A stretch of 64,000 nt of DNA from Candidatus Falkowbacteria bacterium (GTDB lineage: Bacteria > Patescibacteriota > Patescibacteriia > XYB2-FULL-38-15): NCBI GenBank assembly GCA_037440105.1, contig JBBIUS010000002.1, forward strand, positions 2,685 to 66,684. Reading direction: 5' to 3'. A program made the translations under genes and the position numbers. Of the stretch, positions 24,946 to 33,612 are shown piece by piece (position 1 is the first letter of the stretch; each line of letters opens with the position of its first letter). Under the pieces are notes generated by a model. The model ran no database searches. It worked only from the letters and a program-made list of their open reading frames with translations, and was not told the DNA's origin.

Positions 24946-25767
24946 ATGAGTCAATATTTGGAAAAAACCGAACAAGAATTGCGCCTGCGCAATTACAGCC
25001 AAAAGACGATTAAAAGTTATCTTGGATGTTTGGCTGATTACCTCGCCGTGGCACATCATAATTCAGAAAATATTGATCTAGAGTTGATAAAAAATTTTTT
25101 ATTAGGAAAGCAAAGCAAGGGTTATGCTCCGCAAACCGTGAATCTCTATTTGAACGCCATAAAATTTTTTTATCGCGACGTTTTAAAAATTTCCCAAAGA
25201 ATAGATTTGAAATTTGCCAAGCAGGGTCAACGCTTGCCGATCGTTCTCTCGCGGGAAGAAGTTGACAGGCTAATCGGAGTAATAAAAAATGCCAAACATC
25301 GGTTGATGCTAGCCCTAGCTTATGGCGCTGGTTTGCGCGTCAGCGAGGTAATAAACTTGCGCATCAGAGACATTGACTTGCAAGAACTTACCATCCATAT
25401 AAAACAAACTAAAGGCAAAAAAGACCGCCTGACCGTGTTTCCAAAAAAATTAAAATCCGAGGTAGCCGCGCTTATTGCGCTCCGTGACCCAAATGATTTT
25501 GTATTTAGAAGCGAACGCGGTGGAAAATTAACCGAACGCGCTGCGCAAGTTATTTTTGAACGAGCAAAAGAGGCGGCAAAAATCAAAAAAAAGGCGACCT
25601 TTCATTCTCTCCGCCACAGTTTTGCCACGCATCTTTTGGAAAACGGAGTTGATGTCCGCTATGTTCAGGAACTTTTGGGTCACCAAAACATTCGCACCAC
25701 GCAGATTTACACCCATGTTACAAATCCTGCCATCAAAAATATTAGAAGTCCGCTAGATAGAACATGA
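24946..25767 (+). CDS. Tyrosine site-specific recombinase (Xer / integron-integrase-like clade, without the IntI-specific insertion)
   Basis: 273 aa. LAYGAGLRVSEV, HSLRHSFATHLL and LLGHQNIRTTQIYTHV, with a C-terminal ...IRSPLD tail. Confidence 0.9.
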   Translation: MSQYLEKTEQELRLRNYSQKTIKSYLGCLADYLAVAHHNSENIDLELIKNFLLGKQSKGYAPQTVNLYLNAIKFFYRDVLKISQRIDLKFAKQGQRLPIVLSREEVDRLIGVIKNAKHRLMLALAYGAGLRVSEVINLRIRDIDLQELTIHIKQTKGKKDRLTVFPKKLKSEVAALIALRDPNDFVFRSERGGKLTERAAQVIFERAKEAAKIKKKATFHSLRHSFATHLLENGVDVRYVQELLGHQNIRTTQIYTHVTNPAIKNIRSPLDRT

Positions 25768-25841
25768 ATCAGGAATTATGAATTAGGAATCAGGCTATCA
25801 GAAGTAAAACCATGACTCATAATTCATGATTCATAATTCAT
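25765..25841. repeat. Intergenic hairpin of GAATCAG/GAATTAG versus ATTCATA/ATTCATG heptamers
   Basis: Left arm ATGAATCAGGAATTATGAATTAGGAATCAGG. Right arm CCATGACTCATAATTCATGATTCATAATTCAT. Pairing is imperfect. The same word family recurs at 9320-9375, 40487-40567, 53855-53925 and 61107-61140. Confidence 0.6.
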
Positions 25842-25843
25842 TT

Positions 25844-28800
25844 ATGGACGATTTACTTAAAGATTTAAATCAAGAGCAGCGACAGGCGGTCATGCATAGC
25901 GACGGACCTTTGCTTATAATTGCTGGCGCGGGGACCGGGAAAACCACTGTTATTACGAGGCGGATTGCTTGGCTCATTTTGGAAAAGAGGATAAAGCCGG
26001 ACGAAATTTTGGCTGTGACTTTTACAGAAAAGGCAGCAGGGGAGATGGAAGAAAGAGTGGACCAACTTCTGCCTTACGGCTATGTTGATTTATGGATTTC
26101 GACTTTTCATTCTTTTTGTGAGCGAGTTTTAAAAGATCACGCGATTGATATAGGTTTACCTGGCGATTTTAAATTGCTAAATCAGACCGAGCAGTGGCTC
26201 TTGGTTCGCCAAAATTTAGAGCGATTCAATTTGGATTATTATCGGCCGCTTGGCAATCCGACAAAATTTATTCACTCGCTTTTGAAACACTTTAGTCGGG
26301 CAAAGGACGAGGAAATTTGGCCGGAGGATTATCTCCAGTATGTGGAAGAATTGCGGCTGAATGAAGATAATACTTTAAAGCAGGGCAAATTTGTTAAAAA
26401 TTCTACTAAATCACAAATCGCAAATTACAAATTACAAACAAATCCTAAATCCGAAATAATAAATACTCAATACGAAATACAAGATACGAAACGCTTAGAA
26501 GAAGTAGCTAACGCCTATCATACCTACCAGCAGCTGCTTTTAGAAAACAATGCTTTGGATTTTGGCGATTTAATAAATTATACACTTAAACTTTTTCGTA
26601 CCCGGCCGGCAATTTTGGGAAAATACCGGCAGAAGTTTAAGTATATTTTAGTTGACGAATTTCAAGACACAAATTGGGCGCAGTATGAGTTGATAAAAAT
26701 GCTGGCCGCCCCCAAAAACAATCTGACAGTTGTTGGTGATGACGATCAGTCAATTTATAAGTTTCGCGGCGCATCTATCAGCAACATTTTGCAGTTTAAA
26801 AACGATTATCCAAAATGCCGGGAAATTGTTATTACTGACAATTACCGCACGAAACAAAATATTTTGGATTTGGCCTATAAGTTTATTAAACAAAACGATC
26901 CGAATCGGTTGGAGGCAAAATTGGGAATCGTGAAAAAACTAGCAGCCAAAAGAAATGGGGATGGGGTCATAGAGCACATCCATGCGCGCACAGCCGATGC
27001 CGAAGCCAGGGCTGTAGCAGAAAAAATTTTGGAGTTGAAAAACAAAGATAAAGCAATTAATTGGCAGGATTTTGCTATTTTAGTTAGAGCTAATAACCAA
27101 GCAGAAATGTTTATGCCCGTCCTAGATCAGTACGGCATTCCTTATCAATTTTTGGCGTCGAGTGGACTTTATTCAAAGCCAATTATTTTAGATATCATCG
27201 CTTATCTAAAACTACTTGATAATTATCATGAATCTGGGGCAGTTTATAGAATTTTAAACATGCCAATGGTTGATTTAGCTTACGATGATATTGTGAAATT
27301 GAATTATTTTTCTCGGAGGAAAAACTGGTCGCTTTATGAAACGATGAAAAACGCGGCAGCAGTTGGGGTTTCAGGTGAAGGTTTGCGAAAAATAAATAAA
27401 ATTCTAGGTTTTGTAGAAAAACACACCTCTTTGGCAAGGGGGAATGGGGTTGGCAAGGTAGTTTTTAAATTTTTGGAAGATTTTAAATATTTGGCAAATT
27501 TAACTCGTCGAGCAGAAAAAGGGGATTTGCGAGCCGTAGAAAATATTAGTTATATCAACCAGTTTTTAAAAAGAGTTGATGAATTTGAGCGAACTGATCC
27601 ATCGAGATCATTGAAGAATTTTATGGCTGAATTGGATATGGCTTTGGAGTCCGGCGAAGAAGGCTCTTTGGCTTCAAGTTTTGAAGAGGGCCCAGAGGCA
27701 GTGAAAATTTTGACGGTGCACGGAGCAAAAGGTTTAGAATTTAGATATGTTTTTATTGTTAATTTAGTTGATTTGCGTTTTCCTTCGACAGACCGCAAAG
27801 AGCCAATTGAACTGTCTGACGCTTTAGTAAAAGAGATCGTCCCAGAAGGCGATATTCATCTTGAGGAAGAGCGGCGGCTTTTTTATGTTGCCATGACCCG
27901 GGCGCGCGACGGGGTGTTTTTTACTTCCGCTTCTGACTACGGCGGCCAGAGAAAAAAGAAATTGTCGAGGTTTTTAGTGGAGTTAGGGTTTTCGGCGCCG
28001 GAAGTCAAAACCCCCACTGGTCAAGTTTATTTTAATGAGGAAAAACAGTCAGAGGAGCGCGGACCAAGTGTAAAGAAATACTGGCTGCCCAGCAGATTCA
28101 GTTTTACTCAACTTAAAGCTTTTGAAACCTGTCCTTTGCAGTACAAATTTGCCCATATTCTTGCTGTGCCGGTTCGCGGAAAATTTACTTTTAGTTTTGG
28201 CAAAACAATGCATGGCACGTTGTATAAATTTTTTCAAGGAATGATAGAACGCAGTAAAATAACGCAAAGCAATTTATTTGGAGCAATGGAGGCCGAAGAG
28301 CACCGCGGTCATTCTGGTTTTATGCTAAAAAACGCTAAATTAGAAGCAGCACCATCACTTGATGACCTTTTAAAAATTTATGAAGAGTCGTGGATTAATG
28401 ATTGGTATGAAAGCAAGGCGCATCATGACGAATATAAAAAGAAGGGGAAAGAAATTTTGCGTGAGTTCTATAAAATTCACGAAGGTAAATGGCCGAAAGT
28501 AAAATATTTAGAGAAGGGTTTTAATTTGAAAGTAGGGGATTATACTGTTCGCGGTGTGATTGATCGGGTAGACGAAGTGCCAGGCGGTCTTGAAATCATT
28601 GATTATAAAACCGGCAGCGTGCCGCGCGACGAGAGATATTTAGAAAAAGAACAATTATTAATTTATCAACTAGCAACTTGTGATGTTTTTGGCGAAAAGC
28701 CGGCTCTTTTGAGTTATTATTATTTAGACGAAAATAAAAAAATATCATTTTTAGGAAGTGATGAAGATTTAAAGGGGATTCGCGAAAAAATTATTACTAC

Positions 28801-28900
28801 TATAGAAGAGATTAAAAAAAGCAATTTTCCTCCAAAGCCGAGTTTGTACAATTGTAAAAATTGCGACTTTAAAGATATTTGCGAATACAGAGTTTTATAA
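25844..28900 (+). CDS. UvrD/PcrA-type helicase fused to a C-terminal PD-(D/E)XK (AddB/Cas4-like) nuclease with Cys cluster
   Basis: Walker A GAGTGKTT, ILVDEFQDT and VGDDDQSIYKFRGA. The C-terminus has TCPLQYKF ... IDYKTG ... CKNCDFKDIC. The track's start at 25826 lies inside the upstream hairpin, so the ATG at 25844 is preferred. Confidence 0.85.
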   Translation: MDDLLKDLNQEQRQAVMHSDGPLLIIAGAGTGKTTVITRRIAWLILEKRIKPDEILAVTFTEKAAGEMEERVDQLLPYGYVDLWISTFHSFCERVLKDHAIDIGLPGDFKLLNQTEQWLLVRQNLERFNLDYYRPLGNPTKFIHSLLKHFSRAKDEEIWPEDYLQYVEELRLNEDNTLKQGKFVKNSTKSQIANYKLQTNPKSEIINTQYEIQDTKRLEEVANAYHTYQQLLLENNALDFGDLINYTLKLFRTRPAILGKYRQKFKYILVDEFQDTNWAQYELIKMLAAPKNNLTVVGDDDQSIYKFRGASISNILQFKNDYPKCREIVITDNYRTKQNILDLAYKFIKQNDPNRLEAKLGIVKKLAAKRNGDGVIEHIHARTADAEARAVAEKILELKNKDKAINWQDFAILVRANNQAEMFMPVLDQYGIPYQFLASSGLYSKPIILDIIAYLKLLDNYHESGAVYRILNMPMVDLAYDDIVKLNYFSRRKNWSLYETMKNAAAVGVSGEGLRKINKILGFVEKHTSLARGNGVGKVVFKFLEDFKYLANLTRRAEKGDLRAVENISYINQFLKRVDEFERTDPSRSLKNFMAELDMALESGEEGSLASSFEEGPEAVKILTVHGAKGLEFRYVFIVNLVDLRFPSTDRKEPIELSDALVKEIVPEGDIHLEEERRLFYVAMTRARDGVFFTSASDYGGQRKKKLSRFLVELGFSAPEVKTPTGQVYFNEEKQSEERGPSVKKYWLPSRFSFTQLKAFETCPLQYKFAHILAVPVRGKFTFSFGKTMHGTLYKFFQGMIERSKITQSNLFGAMEAEEHRGHSGFMLKNAKLEAAPSLDDLLKIYEESWINDWYESKAHHDEYKKKGKEILREFYKIHEGKWPKVKYLEKGFNLKVGDYTVRGVIDRVDEVPGGLEIIDYKTGSVPRDERYLEKEQLLIYQLATCDVFGEKPALLSYYYLDENKKISFLGSDEDLKGIREKIITTIEEIKKSNFPPKPSLYNCKNCDFKDICEYRVL

Positions 28901-29026
28901 CTCAAATCTCAAAACGCAAAACTCAAAACCAAAACCTTATAACTTAAAATTTTTTGATGGTTTAGAAAAATAAAATTAGTTTTGGAGTTTTGAGATATAG
29001 TTTTGACATTTGACATTTGAGTTTTA
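28901..29026. repeat. Intergenic hairpin of CTCAAAA/CGCAAAA versus GTTTTGA heptamers
   Basis: CTCAAATCTCAAAACGCAAAACTCAAAACCAAAACC faces GTTTTGGAGTTTTGAGATATAGTTTTGACATTTGAC. Confidence 0.6.
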
Positions 29027-29036
29027 ACATATTATT

Positions 29037-29330
29037 GTGTTTATTCCCATTAAAAATCTTTTACCTAAGGTAGTCAAAAATTCCGGTTTTAGCCGGCAGA
29101 TTGAGGCTGCGCAGGTAGCGGAAAAATTTAATGAAATTATTGTTAAAATGTTTGGCAGAAGCGTTCTTAAAAAAGCAAGGGTTATGCATTTAAAAGACAA
29201 AGTTTTAGCAGTAAAATGTTTAAGTTCTGTTTTAGTTCAAGAAATTTATCTTAGGGAAAAAAAGATAATTAATGAATTAAATAAAAAGTTTGGGAAAGAA
29301 GTTGTTAGTAAAATAAAGTTTAGAATGTGA
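29037..29330 (+). CDS. DUF721 (DciA-like) family protein
   Basis: 97 aa with a GTG start. The pattern ...AAQVAEKFNEIIVKMFG...ARVMHLKDKVLAVKCLSSVLVQEIYLREKKIINELNKKFG resembles DUF721 from memory. Confidence 0.55.
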   Translation: MFIPIKNLLPKVVKNSGFSRQIEAAQVAEKFNEIIVKMFGRSVLKKARVMHLKDKVLAVKCLSSVLVQEIYLREKKIINELNKKFGKEVVSKIKFRM

Positions 29331-29384
29331 TGGTTGAAATTTTTTAAATGTGTGATATAATTGAAAAATTATTGTTGAGATAAT

Positions 29385-29762
29385 ATGACCCTCAAAAAGT
29401 ATCTAATTTTAATGAGTCTTTGCACGCTTTTTTGTTGGTTGGCTTTCGTTTTAGTAATAAACTATATTGACCCAACTGAGGCTAATTTCTTAGGATTTTT
29501 ATTTTTTTATTTTAGTTTATTTTTGGCTTGTTTGGGGACTATGTCAGTTTTAGGTTTTGCTATTAGAATGAAAATCTTTAGAGATGAAATTGTTTATAAG
29601 CAAGTTAGCGCTGCTTTTAGGCAGGCGATTATGTTTTCAATATTAGTTGTGGGGTCGCTTTTTTTGCAAAGTAAATCACTTTTAACTTGGTGGAATATAC
29701 TTTTATTTATTTTAGCTCTAACTGTTTTAGAATTCTTTTTTATTTCATATAAAAGAAAATAA
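29385..29762 (+). CDS. Small membrane protein (4 TM), unknown function
   Basis: 125-aa ORF with four hydrophobic segments. Confidence 0.6.
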   Translation: MTLKKYLILMSLCTLFCWLAFVLVINYIDPTEANFLGFLFFYFSLFLACLGTMSVLGFAIRMKIFRDEIVYKQVSAAFRQAIMFSILVVGSLFLQSKSLLTWWNILLFILALTVLEFFFISYKRK

Positions 29763-29764
29763 TA

Positions 29765-29849
29765 AAATTTACAATTTACTAATTTTCAATTTACAATGAA
29801 TTTTTAAATTTCAAATTGATTGAAAATTGTAAATTGAAAATCGGAAATT
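29765..29849. repeat. Intergenic hairpin of ATTTACA/AATTTTC versus TGTAAAT/GAAAATT heptamers
   Basis: AAATTTACAATTTACTAATTTTCAATTTACAATG faces ATTGATTGAAAATTGTAAATTGAAAATCGGAAATT. Confidence 0.65.
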
Positions 29850-29857
29850 ATAAGTAA

Positions 29858-31120
29858 ATGCTGCAATCAAAATTATTCTACAAAACATCGAAAGAGGTTT
29901 CTGTCGAAGAAAAGAGTGTTAATGCCCAACTTTTGACGCGGGCTGGTTTTATTGATAAATTAATGGCCGGCGTTTATACTTTTTTACCGCTTGGTTTTAA
30001 GGTTTATAAAAAAATAGAAAATATAATCAGAGAAGAAATAAATGCTGTCGGCGGGCAGGAAATTTTAATGCCAGCTCTTCATCCAAAAGAGCCTTGGGAA
30101 ACAACGGGGAGATGGGCAGCAGTCCGGGAAATGTTTAAAACAAAAAGCCAGACCGGAGGGGATTACGGCTTAGGGTGGACACATGAGGAAATTGTGACTC
30201 CTCTTGCGAAAAAATTTTTTAATTCTTACAAAGATTTTCCTTTTGCTTTATACCAGATACAAACCAAATTTAGAGATGAATTAAGAGTAAAATCTGGCCT
30301 TCTCCGCGGCCGAGAATTTGCGATGAAAGACCTTTACTCATTTCACACAAATGAAAAAGATCTAGATAACTATTATGAAAAAGTAAAAGAAGCTTATTTT
30401 AAGATATTTAATCGAGTTGGTTTAGGGCAAAGAACTTATTTGACTTTTGCAAGCGGCGGCGCTTTTAGTAAATATTCTCATGAATTTCAAACCGTGACGC
30501 CTGCCGGAGAAGACATAATTTATCTTTGCGATAAGTGTAAAATTGCGGTGAATAAAGAAATTATCGGCGAGAGCAAAGAAAGTTGTGTTCAGTGCGGGAA
30601 TAAAAATCTTAAAGAAGAAAAGGCGATCGAGGTTGGAAATATTTTTAAATTAAAAGATAAATTTACCAAGGCTTTTGGCTATAATTTTAAAGATAAGGAC
30701 GGCAAAGAAAAACAAGTTATTATGGGCTGCTACGGGATTGGTTTAGGGAGGGTTATGGGCGCAGTTGTTGAAGTTTACCACGACAAAGACGGCATTATTT
30801 GGCCGCCTGAGATAGCCCCTTATAATGTTCATTTGATTGCTCTTAAAAGCGGGGATGATTCTTTAGACAAAAAAATTGAAAAAAAGACTTTTGATTTGTA
30901 TGAGTCTTTACAAAAAAAAGGAATTGAGGTATTATACGATGACCGTCAGGAAGTAAGCGCTGGAGTTAAATTAAAAGAAAGCGATTTAATCGGCATTCCA
31001 GTTCGGCTTATAATCAGCGAAAAAACTGTTGTTAAAGATAGCGCAGAATTTAAGAAGAGGGATAGTAAAGATGCGGAGTTGGTTAAAATTAATAAAATTG
31101 CTAAATTGCTAAATGGCTAA
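29858..31120 (+). CDS. proS: Prolyl-tRNA synthetase, short form with a CxxC...CxxC mini-insert instead of the INS editing domain
   Basis: 420 aa. QLLTRAGFIDKLMAGVYTFLPLGFKV, FRDELRVKSGLLRGREF (motif 2) and GCYGIGLGRV (motif 3). The insert CDKCKIAVNKEIIGESKESCVQCGN is at nt 30527-30595. Confidence 0.9.
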   Translation: MLQSKLFYKTSKEVSVEEKSVNAQLLTRAGFIDKLMAGVYTFLPLGFKVYKKIENIIREEINAVGGQEILMPALHPKEPWETTGRWAAVREMFKTKSQTGGDYGLGWTHEEIVTPLAKKFFNSYKDFPFALYQIQTKFRDELRVKSGLLRGREFAMKDLYSFHTNEKDLDNYYEKVKEAYFKIFNRVGLGQRTYLTFASGGAFSKYSHEFQTVTPAGEDIIYLCDKCKIAVNKEIIGESKESCVQCGNKNLKEEKAIEVGNIFKLKDKFTKAFGYNFKDKDGKEKQVIMGCYGIGLGRVMGAVVEVYHDKDGIIWPPEIAPYNVHLIALKSGDDSLDKKIEKKTFDLYESLQKKGIEVLYDDRQEVSAGVKLKESDLIGIPVRLIISEKTVVKDSAEFKKRDSKDAELVKINKIAKLLNG

Positions 31121-31163
31121 ATTTTTTTCGTATTTTTGTACTATTTCGTAATTTCGTGAGTTT

Positions 31164-32219
31164 ATGTTTAATAAATTTTTAGGAAAATTTTCAAAAGATT
31201 TAGGAATTGATCTTGGGACGTCTAACACTCGAATTTATGTTAAAGATAAGGGCCTCGTCGTTAACGAGCCTTCAGTTATTGCTCTTAACATAAAGACAAA
31301 TCAGATTTTGGCTGTTGGAGAAGATGCTAAAAAAATGATAGGCAAAACACCTCCTTATCTTAATATTTCAAAACCAATAGTAAACGGCATTATTTCAGAT
31401 TTTGAAGTTACAGAAAAAATGTTAAAATATTTTTTTGAAAAAGTGCATCAGGATGGTTCTGTTATCGTGCCAAGGCCAAGGGTGGTGATGGGGATCCCTC
31501 TTAATACTACAGAGGTTGAAAGAAAGGCTGCTGAAGATGCAGCAATATCAGCTGGGGCAAGGGAAGTTTTTTTAATTGAAAATGTTATTGCTGCGGCAAT
31601 TGGAGCGCGGCTGCCTATTGAAGATGCAGTTGGCAATTTAGTTGTTGACATTGGTGGTGGCATAACTGAGATTGCGGTAATATCTTTAAATGGTGTGGTA
31701 ACATCAAAAGTACTTTCTGTGGCTGGCGATGAGATGAACAAAAATATTGTTCAATATGCAAGAGAAGTGTTTAATCTTCTTCTTGGCGAAAAAAACGCAG
31801 AGGATATTAAAATTAAAATAGGTTCTGCCTCAGAACTGCCGGAACCGCTTGAGGCGGAAATGCGGGGCAGAGATTTAATTTCTGGTTTGCCTAAGGAGAT
31901 TATTGTTAATGACAGCCAAATAAGAGAGGCGATTTCTAGATCAGTAAAACAAATTATTGAAGGCATTAAAACTGTTTTAGAAAATACGCCAGCTGAATTA
32001 GTCGCTGATATTTATGAAAGAGGTTTGATTTTAACTGGCGGTGGGGCGCTTCTTAAAGAAATAGATAAAGCGATCAATCAAGAAACCGAAATCCCGATTA
32101 GAGTGGCTGATGATCCATTTACTTGTGTTGTCAGGGGAACAAGCTTGCTTTTAGAAGATTTTAATTTGTTAAAACAAATAGCTATCCCTTCCACTCAAGA
32201 AGGTGAAAAAGTCCGATAA
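31164..32219 (+). CDS. mreB: Rod-shape-determining protein MreB
   Basis: 351 aa. DLGIDLGTSNTRIYV, VVDIGGGITEIAV and ILTGGGALLKEIDK. Confidence 0.95.
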   Translation: MFNKFLGKFSKDLGIDLGTSNTRIYVKDKGLVVNEPSVIALNIKTNQILAVGEDAKKMIGKTPPYLNISKPIVNGIISDFEVTEKMLKYFFEKVHQDGSVIVPRPRVVMGIPLNTTEVERKAAEDAAISAGAREVFLIENVIAAAIGARLPIEDAVGNLVVDIGGGITEIAVISLNGVVTSKVLSVAGDEMNKNIVQYAREVFNLLLGEKNAEDIKIKIGSASELPEPLEAEMRGRDLISGLPKEIIVNDSQIREAISRSVKQIIEGIKTVLENTPAELVADIYERGLILTGGGALLKEIDKAINQETEIPIRVADDPFTCVVRGTSLLLEDFNLLKQIAIPSTQEGEKVR

Positions 32220-32255
32220 AATAGAAAAGCTCTAAATTAAAATTATTAAGCAATT

Positions 32256-33074
32256 ATGGCCAAATCGCTTAAATTTTTTAATGGCGTTTTGTTAGCAGTG
32301 GTCGGGCTGCTTATTTTTTTTCATTATTTGCGTATTTTAACGCCGTTTGAGAGTTTTATTTTAAGTATTTTAAACCCAGTTCAAGAAAGAGTTTATAATT
32401 TCGGGGAAAAAATAAATAATTTTTGTTTAAAAGCCGATGATAAATCTTTGTACGATGAAATCAGCCGATTGACGATTGAAGTTGCAAAACTTAAAGTTTT
32501 GGAAGAAGAAAATCAAGTTTTAAAAAAAGAATTAAATTTCTTTGAAGAGAATCAGAATAAATATGTTGTTGCACGAGTGATTGGTCAAGATCCTTTAGAG
32601 CCAAACACATTGATTTTAAACAAAGGCGAGGAAAGCGGCATTAGGGTTGGTTTTCCAGTTGTTGCAAATGAAGGAATAATGATAGGAAAAATTATTAAGG
32701 TTGAAAAAAATATCTCAACTGTTCTTTTTTTAACTGACAGCAGGAGTAAAGTAGCAGCCCATATTTTAAGGCAGTCTGAAGAATCAGAAAGGCAAAATGT
32801 CAGAGAAGGGGAACAGTTTGTTCCAGGGGTTGTATCCGGCAAACACGGCTTGAGTATTAAAATGGAGTTAATCCCTCAAAATGAAAAAATAAACCGAGGC
32901 GATTTAGTCATCACCTCAGGGTTAGAAAAAGATATTCCTAAAGGTTTAGTTATTGGGAAAATAGACAGCGTAACAAATGAAGTTGAAGCAGTATTCCAGA
33001 GCGCCACGATAAAATCTCTTGTCTCATTTGATAGTCTTAGTATTGTTGCTGTAATTACTCCTGAATTGTTATGA
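32256..33074 (+). CDS. mreC: Rod-shape-determining protein MreC
   Basis: 272 aa. N-terminal TM, coiled coil (LKVLEEENQVLKKEL) and a C-terminal beta domain (GDLVITSGLEKDIPKGLVIGKI). Confidence 0.85.
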   Translation: MAKSLKFFNGVLLAVVGLLIFFHYLRILTPFESFILSILNPVQERVYNFGEKINNFCLKADDKSLYDEISRLTIEVAKLKVLEEENQVLKKELNFFEENQNKYVVARVIGQDPLEPNTLILNKGEESGIRVGFPVVANEGIMIGKIIKVEKNISTVLFLTDSRSKVAAHILRQSEESERQNVREGEQFVPGVVSGKHGLSIKMELIPQNEKINRGDLVITSGLEKDIPKGLVIGKIDSVTNEVEAVFQSATIKSLVSFDSLSIVAVITPELL

Positions 33075-33592
33075 AAATATTTTTAAATTTAATTTTAATA
33101 CTAATCATAACAATTTTGCAGATAAGTTTTTTTTCTTTTTTAGATTACCCTGCCAATAATTTAAATGTTGTTTTGGTCGCCATTATTTTTATAACTGTAA
33201 TTTTAAATTTTCGACTTGGATTATATTCTGCTATTTTGGCTGGAATTATTTTTGACCTTTTTTCATTAAGTGGCTTTGGGTTGATTATTTTGGCTTTTTT
33301 AGTTGTAGTTTTTAGCCTTAATTATCTTTCAAACAATTTTTTTACAAATCGATCTTTTTATTCTCTTTTGGTTCTTGGTTTTATTGGAGTAATTATTTAT
33401 AATCTTACATCTTTAGTTTTAAAATATGCTTTTTATTTTTTAAAATTTAATGAACTTAAGCCGAACTTAGATCATTTTTGGTTTTATAGTTTTTTCTGGC
33501 AGATTATTTTTAGTCTTGTTTTAATTTCGTTAATATTTTTAGTTTTTAATTCTTTGAGTAAAAAATTAAAATCTGTTTTTATAGTTAAATAA
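33071..33592 (+). CDS. mreD: Rod-shape-determining protein MreD (membrane)
   Basis: 173-aa polytopic ORF. It overlaps the mreC stop by 4 nt (ATGA) and sits at the canonical position. Confidence 0.65.
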   Translation: MKIFLNLILILIITILQISFFSFLDYPANNLNVVLVAIIFITVILNFRLGLYSAILAGIIFDLFSLSGFGLIILAFLVVVFSLNYLSNNFFTNRSFYSLLVLGFIGVIIYNLTSLVLKYAFYFLKFNELKPNLDHFWFYSFFWQIIFSLVLISLIFLVFNSLSKKLKSVFIVK

Positions 33593-33612
33593 TTGAGGCG
33601 CCTGATTTGGTT

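Noticed and set aside
25826-25843. Track start codon of the helicase at 25826 (MIHNSF...)
   Set aside because: The first six codons lie within the right arm of the intergenic hairpin (ATTCATAATTCAT). The in-frame ATG at 25844 (MDDLLKDLNQEQ...) matches typical UvrD N-termini better. The choice remains unproven.
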